Source: Amoeboaphelidium protococcarum X5 (lineage: Eukaryota; Fungi; Aphelidiomycota). From it: a DNA stretch of 64,000 nt. The notes below the pieces were generated by a model. It ran no database searches, was not told where the DNA came from, and saw only the letters and a list, made by a program, of their open reading frames with translations. The position numbers were made by a program, and so were the translations under genes. Positions 1-10,138 of the stretch are shown piece after piece; the stretch's first letter is position 1; the number at the start of each line of letters is the position of its first letter. The stretch covers positions 515,484 to 579,483 of the forward strand of contig JALDTO010000154.1 in NCBI GenBank assembly GCA_023515725.1, given 5' to 3'.

Positions 1-184
1 CTAATATTAGAACACCTTTTAGGAAGAAGGAGGGAGGATACTTTAGCAAGAATTGAGTGCACATGGCATTATGGAAAGCTTGATTTCTATTAGAAGTCCA
101 TAAAAGGGTGGAATTTAATACTCAGCTATAGTTTGAAATGATGGTAATGAATTAATAAAGTTTTTAATACTTATAATACTCTGT

Positions 185-492
185 TAATTGTAGTCTTATC
201 AAGCGATGATGTCTATGTAATTCCATGATCAGCTATTCTCTGCTTTGAAATGAGCTTATTTTAAAGGGGCTTTGAGAAATTCTCGCTGCGGCCATCATAA
301 GTTGGATGTAATAGTCAAAGAGAGACTTCAGAGCCCAATGAGGGCATTATTTATTGAAGAGCCCCTGAACATGTGGGTTAATCGATCATTGGTACACTTT
401 AAAAAAGCTCCAGCAATCTTTTCATTGGGGTCCCCACATAGCCCCTTAATAGCAGAGTAACAGTATAGTACGAGCATAACGATAAGCAATTA
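185..492 (-). ncRNA. Putative Fanzor omegaRNA scaffold (structured RNA)
   Basis: Nested complementary segments: 185-190/487-492, 195-200/481-486, 238-244/451-457, 264-271/440-447, 371-377/433-439, 327-333/363-369 (G-U only on the minus strand). A crossing 8-bp pairing joins 334-341/422-429. It lies just 3' of the Fanzor stop on the same strand. Confidence 0.55.
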
Positions 493-558
493 CAAAACAC
501 TTCTATGATTTAGTGATCAGATGTTAAGCAAGGCGCAATAGAGTCTCTTGCAAGACCT

Positions 559-2802
559 TCATATGGACATCACGAACTCCTTGTATAGTGTCTAATCCGC
601 TTAGTTCGCAGTAATCAATTTCACTTCTTCCTTAGAAAAACTTCGAGACATAACATTATATGATCCAACATTATCCCGATATGCACGAAAATCACCCAAC
701 ATGAAGTACTCATCAGCACCAAGACAGTTATGTAGCACATTCTGAAACGGATGTTGTTTCGACGTAAACTCCTCCGTTGTCACGAGCACTTACTTTCCAG
801 ATCTAAATATATTAGCTTATGCTATTGCAATAAGTTTCAAACGACACTTGTAATGGCTAAACGCCAATAGAGTCTTTCGCGTATTTTTATGGAGAATATG
901 CCCAGAATTTTATTAACCACGCGAGTGTGTTACCAGTACATCGGCCGTATCACTTAGAACGGGAGGTAGATTCAAACGCTTTCTCCGTTTCTTCACCATC
1001 TTAATAGTCAGAAACTCGGGAAGAATGATTAGATCATAATGCCGCATCAAATAGTTGCCAATTCGGTTATACAAGTTCGATACATATGCAGAGAATTTGG
1101 TGTAAGCACGACCAATGCCAATATCAGTGGGAACAACATTATTCTTTGATTACTTCCATGTGTGCCATAATTCTTTCTTCTACGCTTTAAACTCCTCCAG
1201 ACTCAATTGTCCATTCTGTAAAGCAGCTGCGCGATTATCCATCTAATCTTTCAGAGACTATGCATTGGAAATCTATTCACTCTTATTCTTATAAAGCTAC
1301 TTGAAATCAGGCGCAATCGCAATGAATGACCTGCGATCCAAATCGAAGACGGTCATGCTCACTCTAACACCTGGATCCACCGAGCAAGTGTTTCCAGTTT
1401 AACGGCAACGCGCATCACGGCGGCTTATAAATGATCTAGCACCTTCAAGATTCTCATCTGCATTATTCATATCTTGCAGTTGCTAGTCATACCAATCAGT
1501 GAATGGACCTTATATACAGGAGGCATCATACGAAACAATCACAAAGAACTTTTTTCTTCTTTTCACGAGCTTGAACTCTCTTCCTCTGCCATAGCCAAAC
1601 TTGATGAAACGGGGCCAGTAGTCAATCTTGCCAGGCTCTTAGAATAGAGGATCTTTGGCATACAGTTTCCCAAAGCTCTTGAGGAATGAAGGCAGTAGGC
1701 GGACGCGATTGCTATCTGGATCTACACGGGCATCTTACGCTTGAAACTGGGGCATCTAAAACTAATCATCATCTCTATTTGGCATAAAGTTGTAGTCTTT
1801 GATATCACCCTTTGTATACTTCTCATGAGCCGCATAGTAATACGTGCGAGTCGCATTAATAATCTCATCTTGCACTGTAGATGGCATTCGCATCCAACGC
1901 AATCTTGGGTCGTAATCAGGCACGCGGCACTTTTTGGCTTTGACTCAACTTAGCGCAACATGGTTCCTTAGCGCTTGTATTGACACCTTTTCTCCTTAAT
2001 CTCTGGAATCATTCAAAATGTTAATGATGAAATTGACCATTTGAAACTTGAGATCCAGCCATTCATTGAATTTGTGTATGAACTTCTTATCAGGGAATAT
2101 ACGAATATTAATCGAGCGTATCTGATCATACTGATTCAGTTCGGCAATCTCTCGCCGATTTTTCATCTTGCCGATTTTTGGTTTCATGTTTTCCAACGCC
2201 ACTAGAGATTATTCCGAAAGCTGTAGCACTTTCTTCTTCTTCTTCTTCTTCTTCAAACTCTTCAAACTCTTAGATGACGACTATTACTGCTTAGATTTCC
2301 ATTTAGCCATTAGAGAGTCTGTATCTGATGCAATCTACTGATTCCGCATTTTGGATTCAATGATATTCTCAATTTAATGCTGCACCTGACTAAAACTTTA
2401 CTTCTCCTGGCTCTCACTTACGTTTTGTCCCATGTCTTTACGATTCAAATTAGGATTGAACTTTGCTGTTAAGGAGTGTTCTGTTTATTAAGATTACGGT
2501 ATTTGCCAGTCCTTGTCAGTGCATTTTAACAACAGTCGTTAATTGAACGCGTCTGTGTTGCCATTCCAAACATAATGTCCAAACCATTCAGATTTAGTAT
2601 TATACCAAGGGGCAAATACTGGAGCAAATGCGGCAAATGATGATGCGCCAAGTTCTTTGACTATCCGAATATCAACTTCATTGATCACCTTAGCACACAC
2701 GGAGAGAAATCCGGGAATATCTTGATGATATGCTTAAGTTTTGAAATCTTCTAGTGCTGTCTTTGCAGCCGCAGATAATTCACGTTTTTGGCTTGGCTAC
2801 AT
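559..2802 (-). mobile_element. Fanzor2 (TnpB-like RuvC RNA-guided nuclease) gene, 748 codons, with an in-frame TGA at 1945-1947 (probably an inactivated copy)
   Basis: One frame with TAR=Gln: HTH_OrfB-like IRSINIRIFPDKK; RuvC-I TCSVDPGVR (D at 1375-1377); YDLIILPEF; LAFSHYKCRLKL; VTTEEFTSKQ; RDNVGSYNV. NLS-like K8 run and KKRRKR. Confidence 0.88.
2228..2254 (-). repeat. (AAG)n tract encoding poly-Lys (putative NLS) in Fanzor
   Basis: CTT repeats on the plus strand translate as KKKKKKKK in the Fanzor frame. Confidence 0.7.
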
Positions 2803-3235
2803 TTTCAAATGATCAGTATTGCGATGAAAGAATTAGAACACTGTCAGTAAGCATTGAATACAATGCAATGATGAGATGTGACACGACCAGTCATCATTTC
2901 ATTGTGATATCAATGAGGATGGTCGCAGCTTAAAACCACTCAGGAGTTATTGGTATTGTTAAGGTATTGAGACAAGCTCAGAAGATTGGCAATAAAGTAA
3001 ACGAGTAATTAGATTATTGACTTGTATTGAAGAGTATGTAAAAATATATAGACCTTCATTGATAATCGTATTTAAAATAAGACTAACTATCATACAAATA
3101 CTTTATGGATAAAAAATTTCAAAAGGACTTGGTGCACGAATGATTGATCCGCCCATTTTTTACGCGTCAATTCGGCAATCCTTGCTCTAAAAACTATCTC
3201 TCATTCCAATACTGATATAGGCAGATATCGAAGAT

Positions 3236-3952
3236 ATGATTTAATTAGTATCTATTTTGCTGTGTCTGGTATTTCCCTACTTGGCAGCTGGCAATAATAT
3301 CTACTTCAAGAATGGTAATGAAATGGAGGCTATCGATTCAGCTCGTTTTTTTAACAGCGCTTTACATCCTTGCGTTTATCATGATTATGTCCGGTAATAA
3401 GTGCAGGCTGGACACAGTGTGATTGAATTGGCTGAAGATCAAGATGGATTACGCGCTATTTTGAACTATTATCGCTATGGTAAATTGCTCCAGCCTGCCA
3501 ATATGAGCGCTGACCAATGGCGGCAAATTTTGGCCCATTTCAGACTGTAAGCTGCTGCAACGGGCACCTAATAGAGAAAGTTTACATTTACTCTCGCTGT
3601 GACGAATTTGAAAAAGAGAAAAAGCCGTCAGCCGTACTCGTTCCAAATTGATTATGGGAATCGTATACCTCATGAAGTCTCTCCCAAGTTTAACGCCATG
3701 GTCGGAGAATTGAATAGCATTCACGGTGTACCTTTGCGACAATCCGGATATTCCTTGATTGCTGATAATCTCGAATTCAAGCCGCTTTTAATGAACTAAG
3801 TGGGTATTTACGCGTCTCTATTGCCACATTGGTTTGAAGACTACGAAATAGCTATTCAAACGTCAGAGTTTACCAAGAATAACGACTATTTTCCGACAAG
3901 TGCTATCATGATTGTGACAATTCCATACCAATCTCATACTACTGTTCCATGA
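3236..3952 (+). CDS. Secreted protein with BTB/POZ (T1-type)-like domain
   Basis: Signal peptide MIQLVSILLCLVFPYLAAG; EDQDGLRAILNYYRYGKLLQPANM..WRQILAHFRL resembles the T1/BTB core; 238 aa, TGA stop. Confidence 0.65.
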
Positions 3953-4138
3953 ATTGGGAGAAATAACTATTGAATTTAAACATATGGAAAGTCGTCTTAG
4001 TCGTCATCAAGGCCCTTTATAATCAATAAAATTGCCATTTCAGTACACTTAAGTTTCGTCGCTTTGCCCGAGTCTTTTCTTCGATCGATTGATAAGAGCC
4101 TTCATCATCATCATTGTTCAAGTTAAGATTTAAGAATA

Positions 4139-5395
4139 ATGTCGTCAAAGCTTATTAAATACACCGACTGTCAGCGAATTGTAAGTCTTGATTAGTAGAT
4201 TATGATTTGATAATAGCTTTTGAATTGAATGTAGAGTAAACGTGGTATAGCTGCAAGTGCGCGTTTGCTAATGGCAAAGAGTTCCCCAAGCTCGTCCAGC
4301 CAACAACAATAATAGGACGCCGAATATGAATTGCACGATGCATTTCAGACGCACTTATGTGACTCGCCAGCTACAAAAGTTACGGCCTCTAAGGATGAGC
4401 TGCTCAAGTATTATCGCGAGGCGCTGGTAGTTCGCCGCATGGAGACTGCAGCCGATGGTCTGTACAAGTCCAAGATGATCCGCGGATTTTGTCACTTGAG
4501 CAATGGTTAAGAAGCTGTGGCTGTCGGTATTGAGTCTGCTATCACGCGTGAAGATGCTGTGATTACTGCTTATAGATGTCACGGTTTTGCGTATGTTCGC
4601 GGTGGCTCAGTGAAGAGTATTCTAGCGGAGCTAATGGGCCGTTATGACGGTATTGCGAAGGGTAAAGGTGGCTCCATGCATATGTTTGCTCCCAACTTTT
4701 ATGGTGGTAATGGTATTGTGGGCGCCTAAGTTCCTGTTGGTGCTGGTGTTGCGTTCGCCTAGAAGTACCAGGAGAAGAAGGCGTGCACGTTCGCCCTCTA
4801 CGGAGACGGTGCCAGTAACCAAGGTTAGGTGTTCGAGGCGTACAACATGGCCAAGCTGTGGGACCTGCCTTGCGTTTTTGTGTGTGAGAACAACAAGTAC
4901 GGTATGGGAACATCTGCGTAGCGCTCTTCTGCTTCTACAGAGTATTACAAGCGCGCCGGTTACATTCCTGGTATCCGCGTGAATGGAATGGACGTTCTGG
5001 CTGTGCGTGAAGCATCAAAGTACGCCCGCGAATGGTGTATTAGCGGTAAGGGACCTATGGTTTTGGAGATGGTCACTTACAGATACGGTGGTCACTCCAT
5101 GTCTGACCCGGGTACTACTTACCGTACCAGAGAGGAGATCCAGAATATGAGAAGCACTAATGATCCTATCACTGGTCTGAAGTAGAGGATTTTGGATTCC
5201 AACTTTGCCACTGAGGCAGAGTTAAAGGCAATTGATAAGGAGGTACGCGCAGAGGTTGATCAGGCCCTGGAAGAGGCCAAGAACAGTCCGGAGCCACCGA
5301 TGGAGGAGTTGTGGAAGGATATCTATGTCGCTGGCTCTGAGCCCCCGTTCCTTAGAGGTTGCGATCCTGCTGATGTCCACTTTTACAAATAGTGA
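4139..5395 (+). CDS. PDA1: Pyruvate dehydrogenase E1 alpha subunit
   Basis: [42 protein letters not shown]; intron 4181-4234; conserved Gln encoded by TAA/TAG. Confidence 0.97.
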
Positions 5396-5551
5396 ACACA
5401 CTGAAGAGTGGCTAGATAATTAAAAATTTATACTCTAGCATATTATGTCCCTTTTTTCCCATTCCATTCTTATTGACGACAGCTAAATGTTGCAAGGCAA
5501 TTGCCGCTTTCAGTGCATATTTCTTTGCTGATTCGAAAAGTCATAATTGAA

Positions 5552-6196
5552 ATGTTGCGATTATAACACAGTTTAATAGTCAAAGTTAAGCCTTTTTAAC
5601 GCGGTATCTTCTGCTGCAGTTTGTTGAGGTACGTCGTGGTTGAATTTGCTCTTAAAAAATTGATTATGTACGTGTTGAATGTGTATGTTACTTCTGATAG
5701 GGGACAACATCTTAGCGATTAGGATTATCATAGGATTGCTGATTAGACGTTGGAGTAATTGTCGGATCAATTTACCGAGCTGGAAGAAGTATTGGGGGAT
5801 AAAGCAAAAAATCTTGATGTTGAATTGACCGTAAGTCTTCTTTAGTGTATGCGTTAGGAAGAGACATCATTTGTTGTATATGTATGTAGTAAGGCGTTTT
5901 GACATTCCGGCTTGCAGCTAAAGGGACATACGTGATCAATAAACAACCACCAACCAAGTAAATTTGGTTCTCCTCCCCTATATCGTAAGTACATCAATTC
6001 TCTATACGTATCTAAAGTAGTGTTTAATTGCATGTCAAGTAGAGGCCCTAAAAGATTTGATTACAACATTGGAGTGAATGAGTGGATTGATGCGAGAAGT
6101 GAAAAGTCATTGCAAGAGCTCTTGTCAGAGGAGCTATCTAAATTGTTTAGTATTACCTACGATATTGAATTGCAGTCAATAGATTAGGACGTTTGA
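5552..6196 (+). CDS. YFH1: Frataxin
   Basis: [45 protein letters not shown]; introns about 5629-5700, 5831-5889, 5985-6042. Confidence 0.93.
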
Positions 6197-6327
6197 TTAT
6201 TATTATTATTATTCTTACTAATTTAATGGCGGTTGGAGAATATCTTTTTACTTTGCCTGCAGTGACGCGTAACTTTCTTTTAAACTAATCAAATTTAAAT
6301 ATCAGAAATTACCATTTTATCATTAAA

Positions 6328-6693
6328 ATGCGATTTATTAATTCTGTGCGATACGCTTCCTATACCGTGGAAGTTTATTTAATCAGAAACCATTCCAAGT
6401 TGGGAAAGCCGGGCACTGTGGTGGAGGTGGAACCGGCATATGCGCGCAATGTTCTCGTGCCAAAGGGATACGCGTTAATGATGGGTGAAGGATAATATCG
6501 AAAGGTGCTGCCGGAGATGCATAAACAAACGCGAGTATCTGAGCGTGCTATTACTCCAAAATATATTCAAAGCGAGTTGCGACTCTTACTGCAGAGTAAT
6601 GCTCCGACTGCACAGTAGTTTTTGGATTAGCATGTGGCATTGGTTTAGTAAAATTCGTCTGATGTGGTACAGTCAAACGCGGATAATTTGTGA
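6328..6693 (+). CDS. Mitochondrial ribosomal protein bL9-like (N-terminal domain)
   Basis: VEVYLIRNHSKLGKPGTVVEVEPAYARNVLVPKGYA matches the L9 N-terminal motif; 121 aa. Confidence 0.8.
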
Positions 6694-6759
6694 TTATTGC
6701 ACTAAAGTAGAATTATTGGTACAAACCATTTATTCTTATGCATCTATTTAATCATTATT

Positions 6760-8190
6760 TCAACTATAGCTGGATTATGTTCTTTTGTCATCAACATCTA
6801 TAAAACCTTCACTATCACATAGTTGCAAATCTTTGACGTTCCAATCACTTTAGAGCAGCTGGGTGTGAAACTTGTCAAATCCGTTTACATCAACCGACTT
6901 TGTGCTGTCATCGAGGAATCTTTAGACACAACTAGCATAAAATCCTTGTAGCACATCTTTTTAAGAGCTGCTACTTCTAAACCAAACATAGTGCTGATTT
7001 CGATTCTACAACAATGCGAATGGCTACACTTTAAACTGATTAATAACGGCGGGCAAAAGCTCTGAATCAATCCTGCGCAATGGACTGTTAACCAATACTT
7101 TGTGGCCAAACACGCTCTTATACCGCAGTACAAAATGTTCTTGCTGAGCAATATCACGAGTATTTAGTAAAGATCCAGTCTATAAATAATTAAGAATCAA
7201 CAACTCTGCTCTTTGCACATTCAGTGACTTGGTTTCAACAACATAGTTGGATTTATAGATCGAATACAAATTCACTAATCCTAGAGGGACGTACATACTT
7301 AATGATACAGGAAGAGAATTGCCCAAAGTAGCCGAGGCAATCACACCTAATCCTGTTCCAAGTAGTGCTGCAGCAGTAGCTTGCGATCCACTCTTGGCCG
7401 TGACATCTCCTAAATTGTCACGTTAACAAAATGACTGGTGCATCTATGCTCTAGTTCCACTCAGAACGAGCCAAGATATATTTTTACCTACACTAATATA
7501 CAATGAAAAATATCATGAATGAAGGTACAAATGCACAATCTCTAGCATACCTATGTTAGACAGGGAGGCCAGAGGAAGAAACAATTGAGGCACAAGAGGT
7601 GTCATTAGCTCACACAGCATTGATGCCTGTAAGAGAACGGCACTGCCAAAGCGATATCGTTTAGGATCAGAGTCAAATCTACCTGATGCCAGTGAGGTGT
7701 ACATAACGCCTCCCAAAAGACCGAGTCCATCTTTAATAACCCAATTCAATGTTGCACTAACAGCGACGGATGTACCACTGCCCATTCCGAGGGCGGAGAG
7801 CAGAGCTTGAGTGGACAATACACCAGACATAGTACCACATATAGAACCAAGAAACGACCACTTGGCATAATTGAGATAGTTCAAAGTTACAGAGTGAGGA
7901 TAGTCTCGCGGGAAAAACATTGAGAATAGAGTATTTTATAGTCTCAATCTCATAGGTAATTGACGTCCTGATCTAGATTCAACGGAACTCTCCAACTTCC
8001 CATTATCTGCCTCTTTAATGACAAATGCCTTTTATCCACCTCCTACTATTCGTTATGTAATCGCTTATTTAACTTAGATTGACGCCAATCGACGCTATGA
8101 CGACTGACGCAAGGCCAATACTTTGGATATACTTTTCTATCTAAATGATATTTTGCCAGAGAGACCTTAAAGAGAACTTAGATATAACAT
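6760..8190 (-). CDS. RUS1 family (DUF647/C16orf58) protein
   Basis: FFPRDYPHSVTLNYLNY, GVLSTQALL, LNWVIKDGLG, FDSDPKRYR, NLGDVTAKSGSQ; one intron about 7487-7549. Confidence 0.88.
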
Positions 8191-8426
8191 GATGTACTTT
8201 GTCTATTTCCAATAATACTATAACTCAAAATTTTGCAAGTCAAGCTAAGCTACTAAAAATAACAATGGCGGTAAATTCCCAAACAATAGTTGGAAAGGAG
8301 CAAATTAAGGAGGCACCAAAACCAACTTCTATCAACGTAGAAGAGTCTTCCCATTTCGTTGAATCGACCAAAATTTATCAAGTCAGTACGTGGCAATTCA
8401 CAGCGTTATTTGTAAAATACTAGAAA

Positions 8427-8978
8427 ATGAATTATTTAACGCTGTTTTGGTTTGGTGTTTTGATTGTCACGCTCTGTGACGCGTCTAAGCATTTGTAGAT
8501 AAGCTACAAATCCCAAGACAAGACTATCAAAGTACATTTGCCTCTGTTTGGTGGTGTCACTCTATCAAACTTATAGCTTAATGGTCCTTTCGTTACTAAG
8601 TAGTAGTAAATTTAAAAGTCTACTCGTCCTCTGGCTGTACGCCCTGGACGACGCGTTACACCTTCACGCATTCCATAAGAGAGTATTTTATACAGTCAAC
8701 TCGGGCGAGGACAATTGCCTAGGGAGAATGGCGCGCCTATAATTGTAAACTTTGCCATGGATCTTCATTACAATCCTAATCGTGATGAATTCTTGGTAAA
8801 ATTTAATTACTTTGCCTGGAGCAGACCTGTGAGAAGTGGAAAGATTCAAAGTGAGATGCAGCAAATACCGCGATGGTCTTTTGGCGCGAATATGAGGCAG
8901 TTGGTGTCGGTAAATGTAGACTAAGAAGGTAATACCGTCAATTTCAAGTTTAGTTCCCCTGCGGCAGTTCAGTTTTGA
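8427..8978 (+). CDS. Hypothetical secreted protein
   Basis: Signal-peptide-like MNYLTLFWFGVLIVTLCDA; open to TGA, 183 aa. The frame is also open upstream, so the start is uncertain. Confidence 0.55.
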
Positions 8979-9170
8979 CCGTTTTTGTAATGAATATGCT
9001 CCTAAATATGTTTTTGTGTCATGATAAATCCAAGTTGGTCGTTTATCATTAAATTTCTTCGGCACCTTGACGATTTGATGCTCTTTGCTTTTTGTTCACG
9101 GATCACTCGCCCATCTAATATCTCTCACTTTGTATCATGAAGAAATCTCACTCATTGTAACTGTTATGTA

Positions 9171-9935
9171 ATGTTTAGACATGCTCGCCAGATTAAAATT
9201 TGGCATACTGTAAGAATACAATGCATCAACAAGTATCAGTGATTACAGAATCATTAGGGTGTAGTGAAACGACAATAGCTTCTCGCTGCATGTGCCTAAT
9301 GTCATGTTTTGAAACAAAAAGTTTTAGATTCCGCATTGAAACAGTCATTCAGTGATGACAATTAAAAAATTCAAGTTTTGCAAGAGAATGGTGAAAAAGA
9401 TTGGTTATGTATCCTCAATGCCGATAAGAAAGCACTTAGGGATTTAGAAGTGCAGTGCGCGGTGCTAAACAGCCTGCTTCGTACGAACAAGATTGAATTT
9501 GAATATGTTACCGTCAAGGATTGGCATAAGATTTCCTTCAAGTTGCATGTCAGGCCATTGATTGTCCGTCAGATTAAACACACAATATAGAATGCCGATC
9601 AACAGAATGCTAAAGTAAGCACGATTGACAAACTGGTACCAAAACAAAAGCTAGCTAGCCATCCGACGCTACCGAACTATATGCCCATGTCTAAATCTCT
9701 TGACAACTTTGGTCATCATTTGTAGATTGAGACTAGACTGAGTGTCTTTGACAGTATAAGAGCTGAATACTAGAAGGATGTCTTGAATTTAAATGCTCCT
9801 AAAATCTCACGAATAAATGATGATGCTGATGATGACGACACTAAGGAGTTATACTATGAAGCTTAAACGTCCCCACAAGCCCCATCACCGTCTCCTCTTG
9901 TTCATAAACCTTTAAATGCATTAATGAAGAATTGA
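9171..9935 (+). CDS. Hypothetical protein
   Basis: Open frame with TAR=Gln after a probable intron (GTAAGA...CATTAG, about 9210-9257); ends at TGA 9933-9935. Confidence 0.45.
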
Positions 9936-10138
9936 AATTTGCAGTATATTTTACTAACAATAATTGTTTTTAGACTATCAACTTTAACGAACGTCATTAA
10001 GGCGTTCCAATTTAATATTCTCCATGGCAACGAACTTAATCGTTTCAGGATTGTCCCTAATCTCATTGAAACTAAGTAAGTACCTATCCCTTGACTGAAA
10101 TCGCAATTGTTAAGTTCAATAATTGATATAATAAGATC

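Noticed and set aside
272-460. ORF-track 62-aa ORF
   Set aside because: Non-ATG start, no motifs, and it overlaps the structured RNA.
230-480. Group I/II intron, RNase P/MRP or SRP identity for the structured RNA
   Set aside because: Only partial motif resemblance; no proper P7, domain V, CR-I/CR-V or helix-8 consensus seen.
2416-2433. MGQNVS myristoylation-like start for the Fanzor
   Set aside because: The frame is open to an upstream ATG at 2802 in good context, so this Met is probably internal.
57-3137. Terminal inverted repeats around the Fanzor (TAGTCTTAT 191 / ATAAGACTA 3077; TCCATAAA 98 / TTTATGGA 3102)
   Set aside because: Matches are short and AT-rich with inconsistent spacing; element ends cannot be defined from one copy.
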